This document shows positions 27,001-42,000 of a DNA stretch of 64,000 bases, piece after piece. The position numbers were made by a program, and so were the translations under genes. The notes below the pieces were generated by a model. It ran no database searches and was not told where the DNA came from. It saw only the letters and a program-made list of their open reading frames with translations. The DNA lies in assembly GCF_001194135.2 (NCBI RefSeq), contig NC_068996.1, positions 29,832,058 through 29,896,057 of the forward strand. Direction: 5' to 3'. The stretch comes from Octopus bimaculoides (taxonomy: Eukaryota). Each line of letters starts with the position of its first letter. The first letter of the stretch is position 1.

Positions 27001-30000
27001 ATTATTTTCAAATTGATAGCTAATATATTTTTGTATATAGCACGGAAAATATGACAGAAAGTATAGAAAAGCACATTAATAACACTTTGAACGCATACTC
27101 TTATCTATTCAACCATCAGTTTAGGAGTAGAAAATATGATATTAAAGTTTGTTGAAAATGTAATGGGCCTGCATTTAGAATAAAATATATTATTTACTAA
27201 GACACAGAATAAACCAATATCCCAGTAAATAATATATATTTCTTATGATTTAATGTTAACAAAACAGAATTCAATAATGAAATTATTCATTTAAAAAGTG
27301 ATAATGAACCAACATGGATTATACAGTTTATAGATCCGGGTTTTCAGAAAGTTCCGTTTCATGTGGTGAATAGGACAAAGTCTGCATCAATCCTTTACCA
27401 GTCCAAATCATTTTCATAAGTTTATCCTAAATGTCCATGTTTGTTTTCAGATTTTTAGCTCTTGTTTCATACATTCTGAGCAATATAAATCTTTCTTTTC
27501 ATAAGTCCTAAGTTACCCTAGTGACTGAAAAAAGTTGGGAAAGTGTATCATATACAATGAAGGAAATATATTCTGTATATCGTGATACACGAGACAGGCA
27601 AAGGGTTAGGTCAAGAAATTTCTTGTAACACAGACAAAATGAAAAGACTGCTTTTAGCACATTTACAAGTAGTTAGCAGACAAAGATACAAGTTAGCCCA
27701 TCACTCCTAGCAACTATACATGCATTAAGTGTAATCCTGTATATTGATAAGATTAAATGATAAGGTAGTGAATAAGTAATTTAAGAAAGAAATGATATCA
27801 GAATTTTTTCTATTAAAAAGTATCTACAATTTAAAAACAAAGAACAAGAAGAAAAAGCTAGGTTGAATTTTAAAATGCTGGGCCTCATAAATGATGTGAC
27901 AATAAAAATCAACATGCAACCCAAGTCAACACAAAACCCTCATCTTCCTACAAAAAACATCAATAACTTGAAGCAAAACAATTACCATTAACTAATCTGC
28001 TTGTTACTGCCATAATTTGAAATTAAAATAGAATATTCAATTACCTTCCTAGAGTAGATGTATTACCTCCAGGATTAAATCCTGATCCTGTATTATTAAA
28101 GGTAGAACCTAGTCCTGAAATTGAATCAAAAAATGCATAAAAGAATAAAAAATTTAAAAAATACAGAACAACTTTAAAATATTTGCACTCCTATACTGAC
28201 TGTTCCATCTGAAATCCAAGTTACCAAGTTAAACTAACTTCCTGTATATTACAACCGACACCATGCAAAAAAGGTCACTTTTCATTCCAGTCGTTCCCAT
28301 GAAACAAATTAGCTTTCATATCATCCAGCATCTTCCAAGAGTTGGCAAAACACTAATATTTAACATTATTAAGAAACAAATTAATTAACTACTTACCAAA
28401 TTGGGCTTTCTCTTGGTGAAGTGATCTTACAAATGAAATAGACTTCACTAAAAATCAGCCTTTTAATTCACCTTCTTCCTGCATGCTTTTATTGCCACAA
28501 TGAACTCTACACTTTTAAGACTTCTACAACAGAAACTATCTATTCTACACCTCACTCAATGATCATTGCTTTCCTTCTCTTTTCTCTAGACAGTAAATAT
28601 TATTTATTGTATAAATTGACTACCTGACCATTTAATGCACCCCTTACTATATAAACTGCATTATTGTATAATGTTTATTTTCCCCCAAAAATTGCATCAT
28701 ATATCCTTCACAAAGAGCAAGCAAAATAGTCCTAACTACAACTGACTTCATAACCAAGTTATGTTGCTAAAGCTGGATATAAATCTACATTCAAGGGAAC
28801 CCCTATACAGTTGTTTGACCTGCTAGATATAGAACCCAAATCTGTCTCAAATCTCGTCCTTCCTTCTTAAATAAAGGCTGCATTAAACAACATGGTTCCT
28901 GATATACATTAAAGTGACATACTCATATATACAGTTATATATTAGACTATTCAATCACAGTTGACTTGGGGTTAAGCACCAATGACCCTCTTCCATTTGG
29001 ATTATGTACGAATTAGCTTAAATTTTTCTAAAATCTACACCAAAATCATTACTTCAAACCTATCCATGACATCCAAATCCTGGGTGGGAGGGCAAGTGTA
29101 AGGGCTAAACCAGGTTGGTGTTAACTATTTGAACTTCAAACAATCAGACATGGAAGAATTATTCTATACTTAAACAAAAACAATATTTATTATAAACTTT
29201 AGAAAGTGAAAGCAATATTTACCAGCTGAACTAGCACCAAGGGTAAGTCCAAAATGCTTAGGTTGATTTCCAAGTGGAATGGCCCCAGTATTTGGAAAAT
29301 TGAAATTAGTACTTTGGTTTAATGCATTATTAGTACCAAATGGTTTGTTATTAAAGATACTTGTTCCTGTAGATGTACCTAGATGTTAAAAAGAAAAGTT
29401 TAATTACATGAACTGATTCTAAATAGAAAAATGCTTGTAATCTTTTAATAAATATGTGATGGCATAAATATATACCGCAGTAATCACTTACAAATAAAAA
29501 TTTTTTAAAAATAAAATAAACGCACTATATGTCATAAATTTTAAATAAAAAAAGCTAATACAATATAAACCATAAAATATCAGTAATATGATTTTTGATA
29601 TAAGTTTAAAAATAAAAAAAACTTATGTATTGGTTTTCATGGTATACATTAAGTGAAATAGAACTGTATATTGGCCCAGACAGCCAACTGTACAATGCTG
29701 TTACATTTGGCCATTTCACTTACTGTATTTGATGACACATAAAACATATTTTCTGCAAAAAAAAATAAAGTCTCAAAAATTCACCGTGATATATGTGGAG
29801 TTGGACCTACATTACATGCTTATAATGCACTAAAAACTTTCCTTCCTGAATATGCACAGCTAGAATTGCAGTGTCTAATACACCCATGTATTTTTTATGC
29901 ATAAAACATAGTACCTTTCTGATAATACTAAATTCAAATAAACAGGAAATTCTGACAAAGGATTACATAACTGATTTAATTGATACCAACTATATGGCTA

Positions 30001-33000
30001 GGACTTATTAATCCTGAAAAAATGGAAGATGTATACATCAGCATCATATGGACTGAACAAGCCAATGACCACACAAACAGACTTTTGCCTTACCTCTCTA
30101 CAGCCCATGGCACTCTATGATTTCTTCCATGGATTGAATAATAACAAAAGGGGGGGGGGGGCAATTATCATTTCTAATATCCTTTTATAACAGCTTGTTT
30201 TTAAATGAAAAGTGAACTAATGTAGTTAGAATGCTTTGCATTTATGTCCCTTAGTTTGTATTTTCCACCTGGGTTACCTTAATTTTTCATTAAGTACAAG
30301 TCAAATACTAAGGGTATGGTTAATCAACATTACCTGCTCCTCTAAAACTTATGCCATTGTTATAAACTATTTCTCAAAGACATGGGTGTATACATAGCCA
30401 CACACACACACACACACACACACAAATGTTCAGGTGTAACTGCAGTTAAGAAGTTTGCTTCCCAATGACAAGGTTTCGAGCTCAGTACCGCTGCACAGCA
30501 TCTTGGGCACGTGTCTTCTATTATAATCCTGGGCCACCAAAAACTTTGTAAATGAACTTAAACAGAAACTGAAAGAAGCTCATTGTATGTGCACGTCCAT
30601 GCAAACTACTGTTTGCTTGTCGTTTATTTCCATGTCTCTGTGTAACCACATTCAAGTTGTTTCTTGTTCAAATATCTAGAATATTATTTACTTCACTTCG
30701 AAATAAGTGGTGGGTGGCATCAGGAAGGGTATCTGACTTTGGATGCTCAGAGAGTGTAGCTATGAGAATAAGAATAGGCTGGGCAAAGTTCAGAGACCTC
30801 CTACCTCTGCTGACAACAAAGGACCTCTCCCTCAAAGTGAAAGGCAGATTGTATGATGCTTGTGTGCAAACAGCTATGCTATACGGCAATGAAACATAAG
30901 CTGTGAGAGCTGAGGATATGTGTAGGCTTGAAAGAAATGAAGCCAGTATGCTTCGCTGGATGTACAATGCCAGTGTGCATATTCAACAGAGTGTCAGCAT
31001 CATGAAAGAAAAGTTGGACATAAGAGGTGTTAAATGTGGTGTACAAGAGAGACGACTGTGCTGGTATGGTCATGTGATGCTTATGGATGAGGACAGCTGT
31101 GTGAAGAAGTGCTAATCTCTAACTGTGGAGGGAACCTGTGGTAGAGGTAGACTCAGGAAACATGGGACAAGGTAGTGAAGCATGATCTTTGAATTTTGAG
31201 CCTCACAGAGGCAATGACTAGTGACTAAGACCTTTGGTGATATGTTGTGCTTGAGAAGACCCATCAAGCCAAGTGAAATCATAGTCATGGTTGATGCTAG
31301 TGTCATGTAACTGGCACCTATACACATATGACAGGCACATAAAAAGCACCTTTCAAGTTTTGGGCCTCACAGAGGCAAAGTGGCTGATGCCAGTGGCACA
31401 TGAAAAGCTCCCTTCACGTGTTGGGCTTCATGGAGACAATGACAAATAATTTTTGGCATTGTTGTTCTTGAGAAGAAGACCCATCAAGCCAAGTAAAATT
31501 GCAGTCATAGAATGTACTGGTTTCGTACAAATGGCACCTGTGCCAGTGGCATGTAAAAGCACCCACTACACTCTCAGAGTGGTAGGTGTTAGAAAGGGCA
31601 TCCAACTACAGAAAACTATACCAAATCAGACTGGAGTTAGGTGCAGCCTTTCAGCTTACCAGCCCTGGTCAAACCATCCAACCTATGCCAGCATGGACAA
31701 TGAGCATTAAATAATGATGATGATGAAGCACAGAAAAGTAAACACTAAAATTATGACGACAATATGCACATGTACATGCATGAATGTATACACTGACATG
31801 TGGTTGTATGGTTCAAGAGTTTGTTTCACAACCACACATTTTAAATTCACTCTCACTATACAGCACTTTGATGAAATGTTTTCATACTATAGCTCAAAAC
31901 TAATGCAGTTTAAGTGAATCTGGTAGGCAAAAAACAGTGTAGAAACCTGTCATGTGAGTGTAAGAAAAACTTTAATCACTTCCTCTGTTGTTTATTTAAA
32001 TTCTGTAACAATTACTTTAAAATCTATGCATATGTTGCTGAATTTTTATAATTTTTCAGGTGATTTCTTTAATCAAAATTTTTGTCAATACATGCATGCT
32101 TATATAGTTACTGAAGTGAGTAATTTTGCCCAACCATAAATTCTAGTATGGGAAAGCTTCAGAAAGGTCAAGGATTTTTTTTTTCCCCCTGTTGTGATGC
32201 TTGCACATTCAAATAAATACTTGAGTGCTGAGGGTTGCTGATGCACTCAGTCCCTGAATGCAGGAGTCAATATCTCATCAAGCAGTGAAGCAATTCTGCA
32301 GCAGTTTCAGGCTTTTCTACTGTAACACCAAAGCTGCCAAGGGCCACCTACCTATATAGCTGACAAAATTCTCACACAACAGCATGGACTGTGATGAGTC
32401 TGATGGTGCAACTCTGGGCTAGATGTTTCTTATTTCTTTATTGCCCACAAGGGGCTAAACACAGAGGGGACAAACAAGGACAGACAAAGGGATTAAGTTG
32501 ATTACATCAATCCCCAGTGCACAACTGGTACTTAATTTATCAACCACGAAAGGATGAAAGGCAAAGTCGACCTCGGCGGAAATTGAACTTAGAACGTAAT
32601 GGCAGACGAAATACCGCTAAGCATTTCGTCCGGCGTGCCAACATTTCTGCCAGCTCGCCGCCATGGGCTAGATGTTTCTGCCATCCTAATACATGTTCTT
32701 TCTTTTAATTATCTCTTAAAATTATCTGTTTTTAAATTATCATTGTAATTAACAACCATACACACAACATTTCTAGCACAAATGACTATTTACAATTAAA
32801 GAAAACTAAATCATTTCTACAATATCAATTTTTACAAAATTCTGACCATCACAAGTAAATACAATGTAAGCATTTGAAGAAACAAACTCATTCTAAGGTG
32901 CTTTCTGAATTTCTGACTTTTATCATCACAAATGACATAAATACAAAGTGAATAACAAGTGAACCACCACTACCAAAAACTGCTTTGTTTTCAATTGATG

Positions 33001-36000
33001 AAAAGGATTTTATTTCTAGATGTAAAACAATTATTCCACATCAGTTCCTGAAGCCAAACATAAATTCAAGATTACATAACAACAAATTGGGTTTCAACAG
33101 GAGTGTGAAAATTCAGAATATTATTTTCAAGATGCTTAATACAGTACCTGCTTTAAAAGTTAAACAATTGTTGGTAGTGGTCAATGTAAACAGCTCTCAT
33201 AAATGTTATTCTATAATTCAGTAAACTATTATGAATCTTAAAATTCCGAAGTGCAAATATGTATGAATAGAAGTGCTTATTTATTAAAATATACACATAA
33301 AATTATGCCACATCTAACTTCTAATAACTGAAAACAATATAAAAATGACTTATTCACAAAACTGAGAATACAATAAAGTATTCAAAATACCTACCAAATC
33401 CTGAGCCTCCAAATCCAAAATTAGTATTACCTTGTATTGATAGCATGAGAAAATAAAAAAAAATTCATATATGCTATTAAATAATTTGGTAGTGAAAAAC
33501 TAACTATAACAATATTATGGTTTATTGCTTCCAATGATAAAGGTAAATTTATATTGTTACTTCTTCACTAGCCCTCATTATCAGTATATCTCCACTAATC
33601 CTCAATTGCATTACATTAACATTGCTCTTCAATATCACTACCTCTCCATTGATCCTCAATATCATTACATCTCCACTGACTGTCAATATTATTACATTTC
33701 CACTGATTTTTCAAAATCATTCTTGTTCATCTGTCAGGGCAACAAGGACTGTCTAGTCATCCTGAAGTAGGAGTCAGGCTTCATGAGAGTGTTAGTGACT
33801 GATCAGGCCAAGCTGCACCTGGAACTTTCTCCAGCAGGATGGACAGGGTACGGTGATAGTAGCTAAGAATTGGATGGCACTGGTTTTCCTGGCCTCTCTG
33901 CATCGCTTAGCTGCAGCAAATCTATTGGTTTCACATGTATGAATTCCCTTGTGAACAGCTGATCATCACTTGCCCCCGTCCTGTGCTATTTGCCCCCATG
34001 TGACATGGTTATGCTGAAGGCCTTTAGAGAAGCTTTTTAACTTCCTTTTCTGGCCTCCTTGGAAGTATTTGCATATAATTGTTTCTTCATAAGTTGGTGG
34101 TCTGACATGCAAACTACATAACCTACCAAGAAGCTATGATTGTATTGAGATGGTGTAGATGCTTGACAGACTAACAGACATGAGTTCCTCAGTAGGATTT
34201 TGCCATCCCACTTTATACCAAGTTTTCTGAAGCAAGGTGAGTGGAAATGGCTCAATTCCCTTACATGATGTTGGTAGACCACTCATGTTTCACAGCCATA
34301 GAGCAGAAATTTGAGAACTATGGCTCAATACACCTTAATCAGTGTTTCTAGGGTGGTTCTGTTTCTGTTCCACATGTTCTCATACATCTTAGCAACACAC
34401 TCTCCAGAAATGTTGTCACTGATGACAAAGTAAATGTCACATTCACTAAAGCACAAGTTGCCTTTGGCAGACTCTATAAGCACATATAGAACAGGAGAGA
34501 CATCATCTTAGGAACAAAAATCAAGGTGTTAATATCATTGTATCTCCAATGATCCTCAATATAATTACACCTCCACTAACCATCAATACTATTATTCCAA
34601 TAACCCTTAATACTGCTTCATCTCCACTAATCCTTAATATTGTTACATTGCTACTACTCCTTGTATTTCCTCTAATCCTTAATAATATTACTACACCACT
34701 AATACTTTATATTGTTACATCTCCACTAACTTTTAAGTAACAAATGAAAAACCTAAATAAATGTAACTCAAAAACTAAGTTTAGTGTACTTCCTTTCAAG
34801 CCAATAATGGAGTCTACATGATTACTTAACCTCTTAAAAATAGTGGTGATATGTTCCCCAAAAAAGAAAAGAAAAAAAATAGCGTGAGTAACAATGGATA
34901 CTGTAGTTCTAGATACACTGCCTGGAAGTAGAAAAGAAAAAAACACCTTTGTTGCAGCTGAATAACTTCAAATTTTCCATGAGACAACAAATCTATTGTT
35001 TAGAATTAATGTTAAAAACAATGCATTTAAACCAGCCATATCTGGCCAAAATATTCTGTCTATATTATGTTCAAACTGGTCAGATCTAGACTCTCACACT
35101 GTCATTGAAAATATAATCAGTCACGTCATCAAAATCATGAAGCTATGAGATGGTGAAGTTATAATGCTTCAAATATTTGTAAATTTCCAAATCAGTGCTT
35201 CTATTTGTCATTTAAAATGTCTAATAAAATATAGTTCTGAATACAGAATTAAATTTAAATATAAATTTAACTTTTAAACCACCTCCAAATCCTAAACTGC
35301 ATGAAAACACAGCTCAAATGTTGTTGGTAAGTACTTTTCTACACAAGAAACAAAGATTTGCCTTTTGTGTTAGAACTTCCAGTCAAAAGACTTCTTATTT
35401 GCAACATGCTTGTCTATTTTTTCTGTTTTATCAAACAAATATCTCCAGCATATTTTTTTCTTTTGATTTTGAAGCATAATGGCAATTACTACCTCTAGTG
35501 GTGAGTTAGAATTTAATGATATTATTTATTTATGATTTAATTACAAAAATGAATTTGGACTTTGCTGTTTAAAGATGACACTGAAATCATCATCATTATC
35601 ATTGTTTAATATCTGTCTTCCATGCAGTCATGGGTAGGATGATTGACTGGCGCTGGCCAAGTAGAAGACTACCACAGGCTACTGTGTTTGTTTTGGTAGT
35701 TTGGTGGGGTTTTTACAGCTGGATGCCCTTCCTAACATCAACCACTCAGCAGAGTGGACTCGGTGCTTTTTACATGGCACCAGCACAGGCAAGGTTAGTT
35801 TTGGCATGATTTTTACAGCTGAATGCCCTTCCAAATGCCAACCACTTAACAGTGTGGACTGGATGCTTTTTACATGACACCAGCACTGGCAAGATAACCA
35901 AATAATTCACAAGACAAAGAATTTTGAGAGAGGTAGGGGCATTTAAGGAGGGGAACTTGTGTCAGATGATGAAAGATTAGAGTGTGACAGAGAGACAGAA

Positions 36001-39000
36001 CAGGTGCCTTGTTATAACAGAGGGAGCATTGGAGGAGGTGATCCGGTATCAGATGATGAAAGGTAAGATAACAGAGAAATTAAAAGGCAGAAAAGGCAGT
36101 CTTGCTATAGAGAGGAGGTACATGGTTACACAGAGGGAGAGAGAAAGAGAGAGTGAGAGGAAGGGGGAGGGTGGTACAAGAAAGAGGACAGAAACAGGTG
36201 CACTGATGTAAAGGAGGTACTTGGTTACCTAGTCAGAAAGAAAAGCAAAAGGAGAATGATCAAGAATGAGGGCAGAAACAGATATGCTGCTGTAGAGGAG
36301 ATACATGGATCAAAGCATAAATGTGATGGTAGAGTAAGGAAGTCATAATACATGCAGTCAGATATTGCTAAGAAGGCGTAAGGACGAAGTGAGGACGAAG
36401 TGACTAGCAAAAACATGGGTATAAAAACAGGTGGGAGGGGGGGAGAAGCAGCAATACTGTGAGCAGGGCAGTGAGGGCAGGGAAGGGGAGTGGGAGACAT
36501 AGTTTATGAAGAAGAAATGTAAGGAAGAGAAAGATGCAGTTTAAAAGAGATGTAGTTCGGTCTCTTGGGGTAGGGTGTGTGAAAAGTTTGTTGTTACATG
36601 TGGGTGGGACACAACGCTTCTACCACTCAGTTTTGCTCTCTCATCAGTTATTTAAGTGGTTTGAGGATTTATTAATTCTGAGGAAGAATGGAGTTATCAC
36701 ATAGTTGGCATGACATTGATGCATTTGTTAGGGACAAGTAAAGATTAAAAGTACAAACTTATAGATATTTTTAATCCTTCAGCATTCAGATTACTCTTAA
36801 ATATAATGCTTATTTATTCACAATGTTTCGAATGAATCATACATTATCTTGCAGATTCAAGATTTTGATGATGTGACTGTTCATTTTTAGAATGACAGTG
36901 TAGGATAGATGTTAGAGGCCAGATATGGTCAGTTAGAACATAAAACATAAAATATTTGGGCCAGATATGGCTGGTTTAAATAGAAAATCTCTGCATAATG
37001 GTAAGTTTATGAGAGCATAATTATTGTAATAAGAGTAAATAACACTATTCAGTTGGGCTTTACAAAATCTCAAAATGCAGGAGACAAAGGCATATCTCAG
37101 AATACTTTTTCCAATGGGAGTTGTACAGCTTCAAATTAAAGAGACTAACTCAAACAAAGATTCAACTCTGAGACAAGAAATCAATGCCCAGAAATTGAAA
37201 TCATGTACTATTGTGAAACTATTAATATCTAATTATTTTACCAGTATTCAACCTACATGGGCAGGTGAAAGTGGCATAACAGGTAAAAATCCTATTCACA
37301 ATATATACTAATGATCATTATATGAGGGTAGGCTGAAAAGTTCATAGGCTATGAAGAACTGATGCTAGACATTTGTAATCTTGCATTCATCAATTTCGAC
37401 TCATTAACCGTTAGCACACTCCTGTCACAATCAGTTTCCATATGAGTTTTCTCCGTTGTACCTGCAGGTGCACTGTGTCACCTTGAGAAGGGTGCTTAAA
37501 ATAAACACTTCACAAAGTTTCTTTCAGATATTCTAAGCTGGAAACAGCCTACTTTTGATTCAGAAAGGATAAACTGTTTTCTGACACCATTTGCATTATT
37601 ATTCACTCGCTACAAGGTAGACAATCTTATAAATAAACTATAGGTTTTGTTGTTTTTCATCTGGATGAAAATGGCCACTCCGGCATCTGATGAAGCTTTC
37701 TTTGATTCCAACTCAGATGATGATTTTGAGGGATTCACTTAGATATCGACGGTTAAGTGAATGGAGGTGATGGTGAGGATGGAGTCTATGTTTATAGTAA
37801 ATCCTGTCCTTTTTCCATCTTTCAGACAACTACAAAGCAAAACCAAAGAATCACCCTGAGCATGATAGAGCACATAAGATGCAGCCAATTTTTGAAAAGC
37901 TAGGGCCACTTTGGCAGAAATATTTTTATCCTGGAAAGGATCTTTCAGCGGATAAAAGTATGATTCTTTTCAAAGGAGGAATAGGCTTACTAATCTACAT
38001 TCCAGCAAAACCAACCAAGTGGAGCCAGGCTGACGTGAAAACTGGGTATGTCTACAACTGGCAGCTGTACTTCGGCCAAGAAACAGTCTAGGCACCAAGG
38101 GTAGCTGGTGTTGCACATAAAGTGGTTTCCTCCCTGTCAGAGAATGTGCAAAATAAGGACCATGTCATTTACATGTAGAATTTTCGTTGCCTGCATTATT
38201 TCAGGATCTGACCCAACATGGAACAGGGGCATGTGGCACAGTGTGTAAACTGTCAGGTTGTGCTCAGTGAAATTAAAGTAGCAAGACCACAAGCAGGCGA
38301 TCTCCCCATCACACACAGAGATGGACACATTTTGTACATTTCCTGCTATGACAAAAGGCCTGTGAATCTTCTGACGACTGCCCAGTCTGCTGAGACCTTC
38401 AGAAGAGAAGTTCGTTCATAGTGTCATGAAGATCATACCAGGATTGTGTACAAACCATCTGCTGTGTAGCCCTACTTTCAGCACATTGGGGGAGGGTCAC
38501 AGCACAGAATAGACAAGCAGATAACATGTTACATGGTGCTGTACAGATGTACCAAGTGGTGGAACAAAGTTCAGGCTAAAATTGTACATTCTCTACCAGT
38601 CAGGTGTGTCTCACACAAAAGGTAGGAGGACAGAAGCCCCTCCCTCAGAAAGGCCGGTGTTAACAGAAGGCCAGCCTATCATTAATCCGAAGCACCTGAA
38701 ATCTGGCAGGCTTTCTTGTCCAAATTGTGCTATTTGTTTGAACAGAGAAAATAAGCACTACCAGACTCAGTTCATGTGCAGAAAATGTGATAGGGCACTC
38801 TGTCCATACCCCTGCTTCCAGAGGTACTACAAGGTAGACTGCATCCACAGACAATATTCAAGGTATAATTAAAATATGTCAACACATTTGTTTTTTGCTT
38901 GTTTCTTTTTTTTCTTTTCTTTGCAATTTCAAAACATGCATGTAGAACATAATGCATTACATCAAAATATTACTCATCCATTCCTTTATTAATATGCAAA

Positions 39001-42000
39001 CAAATCAGGTCTGTATATGCAATACAATGCAAGTTATAACCATTTTAAAAGAGTAGATGCTCATGTCTTTTTCTCCCTCAAAAATAATGCAGTGACAAGG
39101 GAAACATTTCTAGGGACAAATCAGTGTGCTAAACATTAATAACTGCATTGTTTCTTTCCCAGTAAACTAACATCTGACCATTCAAAGACTTCAAAAAAGT
39201 AACTAATGGTGGTTTCTCTTGAAAACGGACAAAATTTAGCACTGGATCAAGTACATGCTAAAAAACGGTTTAGCCCCCAACAACATGCATGCTGACATAG
39301 ATGAGTGCTTGATTCATTACTCTGAGCCAGAGACAAAGAGACAATCAATGCAATGGAAACACCCCACCTCACCTGCTCCAAAGAAGGTGATGATCTCAGT
39401 TTTTTGGGGTTGCAAAAGGAAGTGTTTAATGACTATCTCAAAAAGGGGGACACATACCATTGATGGAGAGCACTTTGCCAACTTGCTGAGGCAGTTACAA
39501 AAGACTATCAAGACCATGTGCCCAGGAAAACTGACAAAAGAAGTCTTGTTGCATCAGGACAATGTTCTAGCACACAAGTCCTTGGTTTCAATGCCTACTG
39601 TATGTGACTATAGCTTTGAATAGTTGATCACCCTCCCTATTCTTCTAATTTGGCTCCATCTGACTATCATCTTTTCCCCAACATCAAAAAAATACTTGGG
39701 TAGGAACCAGTATTGCAGCAATGATGACATCATATCTGCTCTTGAAGACTTTTTTGACCAACAGGATTAAAAGCTTCATCAATGGAATACAAGCACTACA
39801 ACACCAGTGGAAGTGTGTGTGTGTGTGTGGATCACAAGGAGGACTATGTTGAAAAAAGCTCATTTGGTCACATTCTGAGAGTATCTTGGTCAGCCTATTA
39901 ACTTTTAAACCAACCTTCATATAGTATCAGCAAATTTCATTCAAGTTCATGCAATAATTATATTTTTGTCATTTTTATATTAGAGACAGAGGCATAGCTC
40001 TGCGGTGAGTAGTTTGTGTCCTAACGACATGGGCCTGGATTCAATCCTACTGCATGGCACCTTAGGCCTTTTGCTTTGGCTCAAGGCTAAAACAGAAAGT
40101 GAAAGAAGTCCATCGTGTATATGTGTCCCCATCTCTTCACATCATGTAATAACTGTAAATGAGTATCACTGTTATACAAGCAGTGTCAGTCATCTCCACT
40201 ATTCTGCAAGAACATGTTTGGTCAAAGAGAATACATTGCTTGGAAACCGATGGGGATTGGCATCAAGAAGGGCATCCAACTGTAGAAAATGTGCCTCAAT
40301 AAACTCCATCTAATCCATGCAAGTATGGAAAAGTGAACATGAAATAATGATGAAGATGACAATGACTAAATGCATTTTGTCAAAATCTCTAGTTTCTAAC
40401 AGAGTGAGAGATTTATATAGAGAAAGCACTATAGGACTTTAAGAAATGATAAGACTAAAGATATAATCCAGCAAGTATTAATGGATTTAACCCTTTTGTT
40501 ACTATATTTCTAACCAAAATACACCCAATGCATTTCAATTAAATTCTAAAATAATCGTGAACAACTTTTTTTTTTATATATCAACATATTTTGGAACATA
40601 ATTTCTTAATCACATCTGTTTCATATTTTTTTTTATCTCAAAGCAAATCTAATTACAGATAAATACAGGTAAATTCAACAAAATATGTTATTTAAATTTT
40701 ATTTACACATCAGCATAGAAAATGAGTTAATAGCTAATATTCAATGAGTATACAACAAAATTTAAATGGAGAAAAATTGTGGAAATTACTAGATTGCTTT
40801 CACTTGAACTTAATGTACATAAGACAGTGGTACCATAAAGGTAAAATAGAATGAAATAGATGTACAATTAAGGTAAAACAGAACAAAATACTGAAATTTG
40901 TCTTTGAAGAAAACTAGGAATTGAAATATACACCAACTAAATGAAATAAACTCACATACATACATAAATACCAAAAACACATAATAATTATATACAATCT
41001 AAATTAATTAAAATTTGTTACACATCTTACAGGGAAATGAAAATTACTTAAATAAAAACAAGGTAAATTTGAAACACAAAAAAAATTCTAAATCAAATTT
41101 ACACACACTATTCCTAAAAATGCTTGGGTGTTTAACTATATTCAAGTATGTGTTTATGTTTGCTTTATATTTAAGCAGATTTTTATGTCTTCTTTCAAAA
41201 TTACTTAGAATTCACACTCCCTGCTTGACAACATGAAAGTGGTATCCAGTTTCTATCCATCAAAGTGAAACATTTCAGAAAATAGAAGACAAAAAAAAAT
41301 GGGGAGGGGATATCTTCAAAAATTCACAGCACTCAAATATCATGTAGAGTAAGGGCCATTAATATTCAAACAAAGAAGTAAATACTTTAAAATAACATTC
41401 TATTGGGTAAAAAGAAGTAATTTTGAAAATCATCATTAAAGTTTACATTCATATTAAGAAGCTTGTTAACTAAAAATGTAAACTTATAAACAGTCTAGTA
41501 GTGTTGCATTATTATGAAACAAATAGCAATAATATTTTAGATGATATAAGTAGAACCAGTCAACTTCAAATTATTTCAAAAAAGATGTACATGCAAAGAA
41601 AATGAGCTTATTTGCAAAATATGCTTAAATATGTTTAAGAGTATACATTCAAGTTAAGACTTAATACATAAATAATAGAAAAGTTATTCACCAAATACAC
41701 CAGTGCTGCTATTTGACCCAAATGGAAAAGGAGTTATTGTAGCTGGTTTATTGAAAGGGTTATTGCCAGTATTCTGTAACTGGAAGCCAGTATTGGTACT
41801 TGGTGTACTAAATGGTATTTGCTTGTTTCCGAATAGGCCTCCACTCTGAAAGTATTGCAACAATAGAACAAGACTGAAGAAATTTTTTTTTAAACATCTT
41901 GAGATGAATACATCAGTAAAATGACCAATAATTGACCCCAAAAGGAAAAATTGACAAAGAAATCAACAATGACAAACCACCTTGAAACTGTACAAATATC

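Noticed and set aside
27330-27420. Possible intronic C/D snoRNA (ATGA...CTGA, 9-nt 18S complement)
   Set aside because: No proper RUGAUGA box or terminal stem, and the complementary stretch is not positioned before a D box
34885-34922. Strong minus-strand acceptor (ttttcttttctacttccag|GCAGTG)
   Set aside because: No plausible donor in phase 1 nearby
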